From positions 6,220 to 70,219 of the forward strand of contig JAFGSA010000052.1 in the NCBI GenBank assembly GCA_016934855.1: a stretch of 64,000 nucleotides of DNA, in the 5' to 3' direction. Of the stretch, positions 37,834 through 47,943 are shown one piece after another. Source of the DNA: Elusimicrobiota bacterium. Lineage in GTDB: Bacteria > CG03 > SLGR01 > JAFGSA01. The translations under genes and the position numbers were made by a program. The notes under the pieces were generated by a model. That model saw only the letters and a list, made by a program, of their open reading frames with translations. It did not search any database and was not told where the DNA came from. Numbering within the stretch: position 1 is the stretch's first letter; the number at the start of each line of letters is the position of its first letter.

Positions 37834-38936
37834 GATTGATTCTTTATATACCTCTTTCCACCTACCTGGGTGACCCTGCCGATCATCTCGAGATAAGTTA
37901 GTTCGCGCATTACTGCGTTTATATCAGTTTTGGTTTCCTGGACTATCCTGTCTATGTGGACAGGCTCTGTTTCCAGGAACCGCAGGATATCCCTTCCTAT
38001 ACGGGACACTTTTTCATTCTCAAAAACCGTTTCTCTCTCTTTTAACAGATCCGTATTAAAAAGATGCATGAGATCTTCCATAACCTCTTCCGGGTCGCTA
38101 AGCGCCATGGCACCCTTTTTTATGAGTTCGATACAGCCGCCGCTGTTTTGAGAAAACACATTTCCGGGAACTGCATATACCGACCTGTTCTGTTCCGCCG
38201 CGTGATAAGCAGTTATCATCGCGCCGCTTTTTACCGGCGCTTCCACTATCACGGTACCGAGAGATATACCGCTGATAACACGGTTTCTCAGCGGGAAATT
38301 ATGCCTGTACGGTTCCGTATCCGGATGGAACTCGCTCACCACAGCGCCGCTTTCAGATATTCTTTCCATCAGCAACCTGTTCTCCGCAGGGTATCTATGG
38401 TCCAATCCGCTGCCCAGAACCGCGATCGTCCTCCCGCCTGTATCAAGCGCCCCGCTGTGTGCGGTCGCATCTATCCCCAATGCGCATCCCGAAACGACGG
38501 TTATATTGTTAGCCGCCAGTTTCCTGGCTATCATCGCGGCGACTTTCCTGCCGTAATCGCTCTGTTTTCTTGTCCCTACTACTGCTACCGAATTATAATC
38601 TGAAGCCAGGATCTCGCCGTCGCAATAAAGCATCATGGGCGGATCGTGTATTTCCGAAAGGAGCGCGGGATAATCCTCGTCTCCGTAAAGGTACAGTCTG
38701 TATCCGCTTTTTTCTATTCTCTTTAACCAGTCATCCACGCCTTGGGCGGGACTGTTCTTTATCCCGGCCAGTCTGGAAGCCGTGTCCCTGTCAATACCGG
38801 CAATACCTGCTATCTCGTCGCCGGAAGCTCTCATCACCCCGTTAACATCGCCTAAATGATCCAGCAGCTTCTTGACTGCAGAATTACCGACGCCATCTAA
38901 TGCCAGCATACTGAAAAGAACCGACCTTTTATCCAT
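37830..38936 (-). CDS. dprA: DNA-processing protein DprA
   Basis: YP.LL.EI.DPP, VGTR, VSG.ALGID..AH, FP.RNR.ISG and EAP.KSG motifs. Confidence 0.96.
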   Translation of the reverse strand: MDKRSVLFSMLALDGVGNSAVKKLLDHLGDVNGVMRASGDEIAGIAGIDRDTASRLAGIKNSPAQGVDDWLKRIEKSGYRLYLYGDEDYPALLSEIHDPPMMLYCDGEILASDYNSVAVVGTRKQSDYGRKVAAMIARKLAANNITVVSGCALGIDATAHSGALDTGGRTIAVLGSGLDHRYPAENRLLMERISESGAVVSEFHPDTEPYRHNFPLRNRVISGISLGTVIVEAPVKSGAMITAYHAAEQNRSVYAVPGNVFSQNSGGCIELIKKGAMALSDPEEVMEDLMHLFNTDLLKERETVFENEKVSRIGRDILRFLETEPVHIDRIVQETKTDINAVMRELTYLEMIGRVTQVGGKRYIKNQS

Positions 38937-39094
38937 ATTTCATTAATAGATAGTTTTTTAGGAGCGTTTTGTCAAGGACTGGTTTTCCAGGCAAAAGCCT
39001 GTATACCCGGCATGAATCGCCTGGCAGGCAGGGCCGTACCGGGCCGCGGGACGCCCCGAAATACCTGCGTCTATGAGGCGGCGCGCCTCATGTA

Positions 39095-39481
39095 CTAGAG
39101 AAGTTCATCCTCTATTTCAGGGGGCCGGTTTATGACCGAGGGACTCTTTTTGGCACTTTTCTTCGGAATGTCTTTTCTCTCTTCTCCCGCGAAAAGGCTT
39201 TTTCTCCCGGCAATCAATTTCTGTATGACCTTTTCGTCATTGAGTAATTCTTCGAGGCTCGCCGGCACTCTGCCCGAGGCGAGCATGAGCCTTTCGGGAG
39301 TTATATCCAGAGCGCGGGCTATCCTGGCCAGTTCTTTTTCCCCGCCCGGCGGGTTTCTCTTTCCGCTGAGTATCTTGGAAAGGAACGAGACATCGAATTT
39401 GCTCTTTCTTGCCAGTTCCCGCAGGCTTATATCCTTATATTCCAGTGCTTCCCTGATCAGCTGGTTGAATCTCTTTTTCAT
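39095..39481 (-). CDS. XRE-family HTH transcriptional regulator
   Basis: SLRELA......SFLSKI.SG.R.P......RIARAL helix-turn-helix. Confidence 0.85.
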   Translation of the reverse strand: MKKRFNQLIREALEYKDISLRELARKSKFDVSFLSKILSGKRNPPGGEKELARIARALDITPERLMLASGRVPASLEELLNDEKVIQKLIAGRKSLFAGEERKDIPKKSAKKSPSVINRPPEIEDELL

Positions 39482-39496
39482 TCCCTTTTCATATCC

Positions 39497-39883
39497 TCAG
39501 TTATATTTCTTCAGGAGATATATCTTCTTATCTATCTCCTTGTTTGCGCCGGAATCGGGAAATTCCCCCATATATGCATTCCCCCTTTCTATAACATACT
39601 CGCTGCCGTAGAACTGGACAGCGACCTTGTAGTAACTGTAATAAGCAGGCTCGAAATATTCTGAATCATAATAGTCCTTTATTATTTTTTCGAATGCTTC
39701 GTCGGCCTTTTCCGGGCTCTGGAAAAAAAAGAACAGACTGCCCAGATAATAAAAGGCCTTGGGTGCCCAGGAGGCTTCCTGGTGAGCATTTATGAATTCG
39801 TAACATTTGCCGCTCCTGATGAAATCAACGGAAAAAAACAGCAGCAGGCCTGTTACTACGATGATTATTATGATCTTATTCAT
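39497..39883 (-). CDS. TPR-like membrane or secreted protein
   Basis: N-terminal hydrophobic helix; APKAFYYLG...A..AFEKII..Y..SEY and Y..EFPDS repeats. Confidence 0.7.
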   Translation of the reverse strand: MNKIIIIIVVTGLLLFFSVDFIRSGKCYEFINAHQEASWAPKAFYYLGSLFFFFQSPEKADEAFEKIIKDYYDSEYFEPAYYSYYKVAVQFYGSEYVIERGNAYMGEFPDSGANKEIDKKIYLLKKYN

Positions 39884-39908
39884 GAAGCATGGTATATATG
39901 GATATATA

Positions 39909-40640
39909 CTATTCTTCCTTGAATAACAGCAGGTCTCCTTTTACTACGGGGCGGTCGCAGTAGATTATCTTCGCAGTCGCGGAATAGTCTTCGATATCCG
40001 AGGTTACTATTATCTCCCCGATTTTTTCCGTGATATTGCCCATCATCTCTCCGCTGTAAGGATGGACAACAGGCTGGGACCTGTGATATATGTTCATCCT
40101 CATGTCTTTCTCCAGCCCGTCCTCAAGCCCTATGTCTATGAACACATAGTCACCCTGGCTGTAAAGCGCCCGATTTACCTTAAAACCGGATATCGCCGCC
40201 GAAAACTCGAAATCCGGAGGCGCTAGGAAGTCCCCGTATTTCCGGGTCTCCTCGACGGTCTCTTCTTCGGGTTCCGGCTTTACCTCTTCGGGAAGCCTGT
40301 CTACTACTCTGGGCAGTATTATCTTGTCTCCGGGAAATATCCAGTGAGGATCCTTTACATATTTATTGTATCTATATATTACCTTCCACAGATCCTTATC
40401 CCCGTATTCTCTTGACGCTATTTTAACGAAATAATCCCCGGGCTTAACCGTATAGACATCCAGCACAACCTCTTTACCCTCTGGTACGGACAGTTCCTTT
40501 TCCTGGACCGTAACGACGGGGATACTGGGTTCGGGCGGCAGCTTGTCCATGTCATCCTGTGCTACGGCGATACTCAGTGACACAAACACCGGGACGACGC
40601 CTAAAAATAAAAATTTTCTCAGCATATCTTCTCCTTGCAT
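39909..40640 (-). CDS. Secreted LysM peptidoglycan-binding protein
   Basis: Signal peptide; YTVKPGD....IA...YG....W..I...N..VKDPHWIFPGD; beta-rich C-domain. It precedes the dprA region. Confidence 0.88.
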   Translation of the reverse strand: MQGEDMLRKFLFLGVVPVFVSLSIAVAQDDMDKLPPEPSIPVVTVQEKELSVPEGKEVVLDVYTVKPGDYFVKIASREYGDKDLWKVIYRYNKYVKDPHWIFPGDKIILPRVVDRLPEEVKPEPEEETVEETRKYGDFLAPPDFEFSAAISGFKVNRALYSQGDYVFIDIGLEDGLEKDMRMNIYHRSQPVVHPYSGEMMGNITEKIGEIIVTSDIEDYSATAKIIYCDRPVVKGDLLLFKEE

Positions 40641-40655
40641 GTTCTTACGCGGTTA

Positions 40656-41291
40656 TTAAACAGTATAATCTTTACTAATTATAATATCTGCTTCGTTTTT
40701 TTGCAATGAAATAACCTCATGCTCTATTTTAAGTATCCTTTCTGTATACTCGTCCAGCCTGTCCCTCGCCCTTTCCTTCCTGTGCTCAAGCGTATCCATG
40801 AACGTGCGGTCGATAAATACTTTTATGTCGGCATTCTTCAGTGCCGTCGTATATGTACCCTCAGCCAGTATTATGCTTATCCCTGCGAGGTCCAGTTCCT
40901 CCTCGAGGACGGCATTGTTATCATAATCGATAAGAGGCTTCTTCAGGGTGACCGAGTCTTTTTTCTTTGCCTCTTTTATATGCTCGTCCAGGAGTCCGAG
41001 CCTTACTTCGTGCATGCCTACGTTGCCGATATCCTGCCTTCGCGCTTCATCATTGCTGCGCGGCGGCCTTATAAAATAATCATCCTGGTGCAGGGTGACC
41101 GATCTAAATCCGTTTTTTTCGTAGAATATCCTGCCGATTTCATGCGCGATCTCGGATTTGCCGCTTCCCGACTCGCCCGCGACCGTTATCGCGGTGCGGC
41201 TGCCGCCTGTGACTTTCTGCTTTATCTTTTCATATACTCCGGCCGCTGCGTCCGTGTGGTGTTTTTTTACGACTATCTTGTCTCCCAGCAT
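40656..41291 (-). CDS. P-loop kinase, uridine kinase / phosphoribulokinase-like
   Basis: AGESGSGKSE, HQDDYF and AEGTY motifs. Confidence 0.75.
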   Translation of the reverse strand: MLGDKIVVKKHHTDAAAGVYEKIKQKVTGGSRTAITVAGESGSGKSEIAHEIGRIFYEKNGFRSVTLHQDDYFIRPPRSNDEARRQDIGNVGMHEVRLGLLDEHIKEAKKKDSVTLKKPLIDYDNNAVLEEELDLAGISIILAEGTYTTALKNADIKVFIDRTFMDTLEHRKERARDRLDEYTERILKIEHEVISLQKNEADIIISKDYTV

Positions 41292-41292
41292 A

Positions 41293-42819
41293 TCATTCCT
41301 CCATCAGGTAATATCTTCTTCTCAGTTCCTTTAGAATTTCCCTGTCGTCAGAACCGGCGGGATCCATAAAATATCCGGGGATAGGATAATCTTTCTTGTC
41401 GGAGAATCCTTTTCTGACGACCTTGCTGAGCAGCTTTCCGTATCCTTGCGCCGCCGCGGCCCATGTATACTGTTCTTTCACCCTCTCCATGCCCTTGAGC
41501 GAATATCTGTCCCAGTTCTTGTCGCGGAGCATCTTCTTTATACCGCCGCTGATCGAATAATGATCCGTCGGCTCTATGAGAACCCCGTACTCGTCATCCT
41601 GTATTATCTCCAGGGGGCCCCCGTGCTTGGTTCCGATTACAGGCAGGCCTGATGCCATAGCCTCGACTATTGTGAGGCCGAAGGGTTCATGGAGCGCCGG
41701 ATTTATGAAAACCCATCTGCTTCTCGCCGCGTACCTGTATATAAAGGGCAGTTCCGAAATGTGATCGAACCCGGGGAGAAAACAGACCTTGCCTTCCAGC
41801 TTATATGCCGCGATCGCGGATTTTATCTCGTCTATTATGTGTTTCTTTGAATCATCGAACCTGTGACGGTTATTATCATTGAGCGGATCATCCACGTTAC
41901 CCGCGACTATCAGGAGGTTCATCCTGCTCCTCAGGGTCTCGCTCTTGGCATATGCCTTGAGCAGGCCGTTCGGATTTTTTTTCGCAGCAAACCTTGCCGC
42001 GGAAAAGATAAAAGGCATATGCATCCTCTTCCTGGATATGCTGTTCGACAATCCGGCCATGAGTTTCGCCACCGCATTTTCGTATGCCGCGGCATCTCTT
42101 TCAGGCAGTGTATACGGGAAAAAATTCTTCGGGTCTATACCCGGCGGGATTATATTGAATTTTTTCTTACTGCCCGCCGCCCTTATATATACCCTGTGCC
42201 CATACTGCTTCTTTACCTCCTGCGCTGTAGAAGTTACGACAGCGCTGGCATTCCTCAATGCCAGCCGCTCGGCTATTACCCTGAGATGAAAATTATACCT
42301 GCTGTTTACATGGGCGAAATTCGCTCTTGATAGATTTAGATTATCCATTTTTTTCCCGCCCAGCGAATGCCCGGTGAATGTAAAAGGTATCCCCATCTTC
42401 TTCTTGAGTATCACCGCGGCAAGACCTCCGTCGGCATAATGGCCGGTAAAGACATCGGGCTTGGATCCCTGTTCTTCATAGAACTTTTCTATACCTGCCG
42501 CGAATTCATGTATTATCGGCCAAAGTTCCTCTTTTTTCACGAACTTTTCCACGGGTCCGCATTTTATCCTCACGATCCTGAGATTGGGAGAATACTCCTC
42601 TATCTCCCTGTCGTACCCGGGCCAGTCGGGATCGCTGAAATACCTGGTGAAGAGATCGATCCTGAACCCTAATTTCTCAAGTGCTTTGCTGAGTTCTATT
42701 ATATATACTATTTGTCCGCCGGTATCGGGATGCGCTGCTATTTGTAGGTTTTTCCATCTGACGTGCCCCTGGGGGTTCAATAAACCTATAACTAGTTTTT
42801 TGTCTATATCTGGAGTCAT
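41293..42819 (-). CDS. GT4 glycosyltransferase, sucrose-phosphate-synthase-like, with no phosphatase domain
   Basis: HPDTGGQIVY, KEELWP, GHYADGG, FTGHSLG, IPPG, R...KN, NPALHEPFGLTIVEA and GGP.EI motifs. Confidence 0.88.
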   Translation of the reverse strand: MTPDIDKKLVIGLLNPQGHVRWKNLQIAAHPDTGGQIVYIIELSKALEKLGFRIDLFTRYFSDPDWPGYDREIEEYSPNLRIVRIKCGPVEKFVKKEELWPIIHEFAAGIEKFYEEQGSKPDVFTGHYADGGLAAVILKKKMGIPFTFTGHSLGGKKMDNLNLSRANFAHVNSRYNFHLRVIAERLALRNASAVVTSTAQEVKKQYGHRVYIRAAGSKKKFNIIPPGIDPKNFFPYTLPERDAAAYENAVAKLMAGLSNSISRKRMHMPFIFSAARFAAKKNPNGLLKAYAKSETLRSRMNLLIVAGNVDDPLNDNNRHRFDDSKKHIIDEIKSAIAAYKLEGKVCFLPGFDHISELPFIYRYAARSRWVFINPALHEPFGLTIVEAMASGLPVIGTKHGGPLEIIQDDEYGVLIEPTDHYSISGGIKKMLRDKNWDRYSLKGMERVKEQYTWAAAAQGYGKLLSKVVRKGFSDKKDYPIPGYFMDPAGSDDREILKELRRRYYLMEE

Positions 42820-42867
42820 TATACTGGAACAAGAAAATTATAGCTTATATGGAATATAATTTCAAAC

Positions 42868-42899
42868 AGAACGCGGAAGGGATAATGCGCGGTTCTTTA
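42868..42899 (-). terminator. Probable intrinsic terminator
   Basis: Minus strand agaaccgcg...cgcgttct followed by gtttg, just after the stop at 42913. Confidence 0.45.
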
Positions 42900-42912
42900 G
42901 AATAGAAGACCT

Positions 42913-43692
42913 TTAATATGTATCGCCGGCTATGTCATCCGGGTTTACCCAGCCCGTCGGCGGTTTTCCGCACATCTGCGTAATCTGGTCGAGCGTCATA
43001 ACCTGGAACCCGGATTCGCCGTTCCAGCCTGTCGTAGTCATGAAAAGCGGATTGCCCTGGTCATCCAGCCCGTAGAATATCGCTACATGGCCGTATGCAT
43101 CGTTTCCCGTCCTGCCAGCGTTATCGTCCATAGAGGTAGTATCCCAGAAAACGACCGCGCCCGGAGGCACCTGGGACCAGTCGATCCCTCCGGGAGGTAT
43201 CTCGTTTATAACACCCTCTTTCAGAAGGAACTGATACGCGGCGTGCGCGGAATGGTATTTATTAAGCCTTTCCCCGAAATCCAGTATACCGCCGTCCCTC
43301 AAAACCTGCTTTACCCAACCCCAGCAGAGATTATCATATTCGGAACCGCTGCTTTTGTCCATCCACGCCTCTGCGGCGGCGACTACGGCAGGCCCGGTTT
43401 CAGACGTTGACGAACCAGGCTGCGGCTGCGGCGGTCCGGATGGGACGGTCGGTTCAGCGGGAGCTTCCGGCTGCGGAAGCGGTGATTGAGGCGGGGCCGG
43501 CTGCACTCCCCCATTCTTAGTGCCCGCTAATCCTGAGGTGTCAATGCCGAAGGAGGCCGGAGAGCCGAACGCTGCGCCCTGATAACCGGTAGGCATACCG
43601 GTTTGTGTCCTTATCCTCTCCTCCCCCACGAGAGGAAATCCCGCGGAATTCAAAAACAATATGATACTGACTGACAGTAACAGCGTTTTCAT
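42913..43692 (-). CDS. Secreted Pro-rich NlpC/P60/CHAP-like cysteine hydrolase
   Basis: Signal peptide, P/Q linker, LCWGWV (Cys), PPGAVVFW and YGHVAI (His). Confidence 0.75.
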   Translation of the reverse strand: MKTLLLSVSIILFLNSAGFPLVGEERIRTQTGMPTGYQGAAFGSPASFGIDTSGLAGTKNGGVQPAPPQSPLPQPEAPAEPTVPSGPPQPQPGSSTSETGPAVVAAAEAWMDKSSGSEYDNLCWGWVKQVLRDGGILDFGERLNKYHSAHAAYQFLLKEGVINEIPPGGIDWSQVPPGAVVFWDTTSMDDNAGRTGNDAYGHVAIFYGLDDQGNPLFMTTTGWNGESGFQVMTLDQITQMCGKPPTGWVNPDDIAGDTY

Positions 43693-43807
43693 ATTATCAT
43701 ACCCGTATAATTTATCTCTTCAATATAATTATACCGGGGTCATGTGACCTATATATGAAAATACTGTGAAATTTCGGTAAAATCTCGTTTAGATCCGGGA
43801 AAACCAG

Positions 43808-44176
43808 CTACGCTTTTTCCAGGTTTATCCTATCGCCGTTCTTCAGTTTCTTCAATCCGGCGAAGCTTCCCTTCACCCGCCCTATGGGAGTCACTGCCGA
43901 AACGGGCCTTATCTCTTCGTCTGTAGATACCGGTGTCCTGCCGAAAAAGATGCAGAAGGCGTTTCCGTCAGGCCAGTACGCCATGTCGCCTTCAGAGACG
44001 GTCTCTGCGCCGTTTTCCAGGCCCTCGTATACCGGTACAGGGAAATACACCTCCTCTCCCCAGATATCGGCGACCGCCGATAAGGGCAGGATCTTATAAA
44101 TCTTGTCCGCGGTCTTTGATCCGTTCAGCTCCGCTTCCAGCTCGAATAAGCCGGTTATTATCTTTATCCTTTTCAT
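43808..44176 (-). CDS. Cyclophilin-like fold protein (TM1367/DUF369 type)
   Basis: LP......WGEEVYF, GD.AYWP.G.AFCIFFG.TP.S motifs. Confidence 0.85.
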   Translation of the reverse strand: MKRIKIITGLFELEAELNGSKTADKIYKILPLSAVADIWGEEVYFPVPVYEGLENGAETVSEGDMAYWPDGNAFCIFFGRTPVSTDEEIRPVSAVTPIGRVKGSFAGLKKLKNGDRINLEKA

Positions 44177-44244
44177 CCCGCATCCTTTCTTTAAATGTTC
44201 TTTGCTTCGCGCCCTTCATCGTAATTCATAACGCTGAAAAACGA

Positions 44245-44273
44245 TTGACATGTAATTGTAAATTTGATAGCAT
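44245..44273 (+). promoter_or_regulatory. Sigma70 promoter of the DUF2877-fdrA operon
   Basis: TTGACA-17 nt-TAGCAT, with a TG extended -10. Confidence 0.7.
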
Positions 44274-44327
44274 TGCCTAATTTGTATTTTAATCATCCGG
44301 TTAACTTTACTTATTCTTCAAAAAAGT

Positions 44328-45044
44328 ATGTTTACATTTACTGTAACAAAATTTGATTCTAAATTAAACCTTAAGAATTCCTGCAGGCTGGAGCTGATCG
44401 AGACCTTCGATACCGCATGTCTTCTGAATAACAGCGGTAACTTCCTGACCCTTCTTGCGGACAACCGTTCCGGCGTACCGGAATCCATAAATATAAAATG
44501 CGACTGTTTTAGAAAAGGATTCAAACTTCCCGAGAAATACAGGTTCGATTTTTCCGACTCGAAGGCCTGGAGTTCGGATATAAAATGCAAGATATTCAAA
44601 CCCAGGAAAAAAGTCATCAACCTTATAGAAAAACATGTAAAAAAGAAGAAAAATAAGATCCGCTCGCTGAAAAAGCTGGAAGACCTGATAACCAAAGCCA
44701 GTCTGCGCGACATCATAGGAATGGGACGCGGGCTGACGCCCTCGGGTGATGATTTTCTTGTAGGCTCTCTTAATACTACTGCCGCTTTTTCCAAAAAGCT
44801 ATTCAAAAAACTCAGTTCGGAAATATCTCCGGGGATAGAGAAAACCACATCGCTCAGCAGGCATTTTCTTGAACTGGCGCTGAAAAAGCGCGCGGGAGAA
44901 GATATAATAAGCCTGCTGAAGGCAATAGCCGCCGGCAACGAAAAGAACATAGACAAATACTCCGAAAACATATTGAACATCGGCGCCACCAGCGGCTACT
45001 ACACGTTAAGAGGCATAGCTTGGGCTTTAAAAAAAATATTATAA
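44328..45044 (+). CDS. DUF2877 (YlbF/AllH-like) protein
   Basis: IG.G.GLTPSGDDFLVG, TT.LS..FL and IGATSG....G motifs. Confidence 0.88.
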   Translation: MFTFTVTKFDSKLNLKNSCRLELIETFDTACLLNNSGNFLTLLADNRSGVPESINIKCDCFRKGFKLPEKYRFDFSDSKAWSSDIKCKIFKPRKKVINLIEKHVKKKKNKIRSLKKLEDLITKASLRDIIGMGRGLTPSGDDFLVGSLNTTAAFSKKLFKKLSSEISPGIEKTTSLSRHFLELALKKRAGEDIISLLKAIAAGNEKNIDKYSENILNIGATSGYYTLRGIAWALKKIL

Positions 45045-46537
45045 GAAAAAACGAATACAGGGATTCTGTTTTTCTCATGCAGATATCCGCGGACCTGGAA
45101 AAAGCCGAGGGCATGCTGTCAGCCTCCCTCATGATGGGGACTCCGGCCAATAAAGACATCCTGAGGCATAGCGGCCTTCTCACCGAAAAAGGAGAAACTG
45201 CGGCGGAAAACGATCTTATAATAGCCCTGGAGGCGGATTCGGAGAAAGCACTGGACGGGGTTTTGAATACCATAGATTCAAGGTTCGAACCTTCCCTGCG
45301 AGACGAAGGAAATGCCGGCTTTTACCCTGCCAGCATAGATTCCGCACTGGGAGCGCTGGACGCTAATTTCGCTCTTATATCCGTACCGGGTGAATATGCC
45401 GCCAGGGAAACCGCGATCGCCCTGGACAGGGGCCTGAATGTCATGATATTCTCGGACAACGTGAGTATTGATGACGAGGTGAACTTGAAAAACAGGGCCC
45501 GTCTTAAAGATCTTCTTCTTATGGGTCCCGACTGCGGGACGGCGATAATAAACGGCGTGCCACTGGGATTTGCCAACCGGGTGCAGCGGGGAGATATCGG
45601 TCTTGTAGCCGCTTCCGGATCGGGACTCCAGGAAGTTACCGTTAATATATGCAAACAGGGATGCGGCATAACCCACGCAATAGGCACCGGCGGCAGGGAT
45701 ATCTCAAAACAGGTCGGCGCGGCGACGCTTATGAAAGGCATAGATATTCTTGATGAAGACGGGAATACTAAAGTGATGGTCATCTTATCCAAACCGCCCC
45801 ATCCGGAAGTCCTTAAAAAAATACTAAAACGCCTGGAGAACGTATCTAAACCCGTAGTAGCGTGTTTCCTCGGGTCCAGGGAGAAGAAAAAAATGAAGGG
45901 AGTCGTATTCACGGACACGCTGGAAGAAGCCGCCGTTGCGGCCTCGTGCCTGTCCAGGGGAGAGAAGATTGTCCTTCCCGAGTTCACGGTCAACGGCATC
46001 GAAGACCTCATCCTCAGGACGAAGGAAAAGACGGAAAAATCCGGGAAATACATCAGGGGGCTTTATGCGGGCGGCACGCTCTGCGACGAGGCTATAGATA
46101 TACTGAGAAAATACGGAATCATGGCTTATTCCAACGCGGGATCGGAGGAAAAATACAAACTTAGCGATCCTGATAAAAGCAGGGAGCATTCGCTGATAGA
46201 TATGGGAGACGATACGTACACGAGGGGAAAACCGCATCCCATGATAGACCTCACCGCGAGGAATAAAAGGATCGCCCTGGAAGCGAAACAGGATCAGGTC
46301 GGCGCGATCCTTTTCGATATTGTCCTGGGTTACGGGGCAAATGCAGATCCAGCGCAGGCCATGAGGGGTACGCTCGAATCAATAAAAGGTGAGAAGATAA
46401 TGATAGCAAGCGTATGCGGCACGAACCGCGACATCCAGGATTATTCAAAACAGGTAAAAACACTCGAAGACTGCGGCGTCATCGTTCTGCCAACGAATGC
46501 GCAGGCCGCCAGGTTCGCCGCCAGGATAATAAAGTGA
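45020..46537 (+). CDS. fdrA: FdrA (AllF)-family acyl-CoA-synthetase-like protein
   Basis: Y.DSV.LM, MGTPAN, ISVPG.YA, FSDNV, MGPDCGT, GTGGRD, GGTL and T.GKPHPMID motifs; TTG start overlapping the previous gene. Confidence 0.93.
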   Translation: MGFKKNIIRKNEYRDSVFLMQISADLEKAEGMLSASLMMGTPANKDILRHSGLLTEKGETAAENDLIIALEADSEKALDGVLNTIDSRFEPSLRDEGNAGFYPASIDSALGALDANFALISVPGEYAARETAIALDRGLNVMIFSDNVSIDDEVNLKNRARLKDLLLMGPDCGTAIINGVPLGFANRVQRGDIGLVAASGSGLQEVTVNICKQGCGITHAIGTGGRDISKQVGAATLMKGIDILDEDGNTKVMVILSKPPHPEVLKKILKRLENVSKPVVACFLGSREKKKMKGVVFTDTLEEAAVAASCLSRGEKIVLPEFTVNGIEDLILRTKEKTEKSGKYIRGLYAGGTLCDEAIDILRKYGIMAYSNAGSEEKYKLSDPDKSREHSLIDMGDDTYTRGKPHPMIDLTARNKRIALEAKQDQVGAILFDIVLGYGANADPAQAMRGTLESIKGEKIMIASVCGTNRDIQDYSKQVKTLEDCGVIVLPTNAQAARFAARIIK

Positions 46538-46538
46538 C

Positions 46539-47927
46539 ATGGATTTAAACAAGCGCCTTAAAGTGATAAATATCGGGCTTGAAGGCTTTATTGGAGCTTT
46601 CAGGGACACGGGGACCGAGTATCTCAACCTGAACTGGCGTCCTCCCCTGGTATCCCCTGACCTTCTGAAGAAGATCGATTTGCTCAGGGCGTCCGAAAAA
46701 GTCGCAAAGGCAAACAACGAGGCTTTCAAGAGGCTTAATGATTCCGAACCCGTTCTGATAGATGTCGTGCAGGCAAAAGAAGCGGTCGAAGGAATGAAGG
46801 ATAAAACCATATTCCACGCCGGACCGCCGGTAAGGTGGGAAGACATGTGCGGGCCCGTAAAGGGCGCGGTCATGGGCGCATGCATATACGAGGGCTGGGC
46901 CCGCGACCTCGGCGAGGCCGAAAGCCTCTGCTCTTCCGGCAAGATAAGCTTCTCGCCCTGTCACCATCACCGCGCCGTAGGCCCCATGGCCGGGATACTC
47001 AGCCCTTCCATGTACGTATGGGCCGTAGAAAACCGCACGTACGGGAACAGGGCTTACTGCTCCCTGAACGAGGGGCTGGGAAAGGTCCTTCGGTTCGGGG
47101 CAAACGGCGCAGATGTCATATCGAGGCTGAAATGGATGGAAAATGTGCTGGGGCCCAGCCTGAAGAAAGCGGTTGCGGCCTCCGAAAACGGGATAAATAT
47201 TTCAAGCATAACCGCGCAGGCCCTCCAGATGGGTGACGAATGCCATAACCGCAATGTCGCCGCCACCGGTCTTCTGCTGAAAACCCTGACACAGCTTCTG
47301 CTGAAAGTCATCGACGATACGGAACTGATACTTGAACTTGTACGGTTCATAGATTCAAACCCCCATTTTTACCTTAATCTTTCTATGGCCGCATGCAAAT
47401 CAGTGACCGATGCCGTTTTCGGACTCAAGCATTCGACAATCGTCTCCGCGATGGCCCGCAACGGTACCGAGATAGGCATCCGTGTCGCAGGCTGCATGGA
47501 TAAATGGTTCACTTCTCCGGCCGGCATACCCGAAGGTCTTTTTTTCCCCGGGTTTTCGCAGGAAGATGCGAACCCTGACCTGGGAGATTCCACCGTAAGC
47601 GAGGTGGCAGGCATAGGAGGTTTCGCCATGGCTTCGGCGCCGGCTATAGTCAAGTTCGTGGGCGGTTCTCCCCGGGACGCGGTAGAGTGCACCCTGCAGA
47701 TGGGACAGATATGTCACGGGAAAAACACGAGATATCAGATACCTCAGCTGAATTTCGCCGGCACTCCGACCGGGATAGACATAACGAAGGTAATAGAAAC
47801 CGGAATAACCCCTTTTATCAATACGGGTATAGCCCACAGGAAACCCGGGATAGGCCAGGTCGGCGCCGGTATCCTCAGGGCGCCTATGGATTGCTTTATC
47901 GAAGCGCTGAAATATATTAAAATATAG
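46539..47927 (+). CDS. DUF1116 (YlbE/YahG/AllG-like) protein
   Basis: HAGPP, PCHH..AVGPMAG, NEG.GK.LRFG, MGDECHNRN, ARNG, D.GDS, INTGIAH and GQVGAG motifs. Confidence 0.92.
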   Translation: MDLNKRLKVINIGLEGFIGAFRDTGTEYLNLNWRPPLVSPDLLKKIDLLRASEKVAKANNEAFKRLNDSEPVLIDVVQAKEAVEGMKDKTIFHAGPPVRWEDMCGPVKGAVMGACIYEGWARDLGEAESLCSSGKISFSPCHHHRAVGPMAGILSPSMYVWAVENRTYGNRAYCSLNEGLGKVLRFGANGADVISRLKWMENVLGPSLKKAVAASENGINISSITAQALQMGDECHNRNVAATGLLLKTLTQLLLKVIDDTELILELVRFIDSNPHFYLNLSMAACKSVTDAVFGLKHSTIVSAMARNGTEIGIRVAGCMDKWFTSPAGIPEGLFFPGFSQEDANPDLGDSTVSEVAGIGGFAMASAPAIVKFVGGSPRDAVECTLQMGQICHGKNTRYQIPQLNFAGTPTGIDITKVIETGITPFINTGIAHRKPGIGQVGAGILRAPMDCFIEALKYIKI

Positions 47928-47943
47928 ATTGAAAGGAGAAAAA

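Noticed and set aside
38985..39091. GC-rich spacer with small hairpins (e.g. atgaggcg/cgcctcat) as an ncRNA
   Set aside because: No recognisable RNA family features; explained adequately as a terminator-like region.
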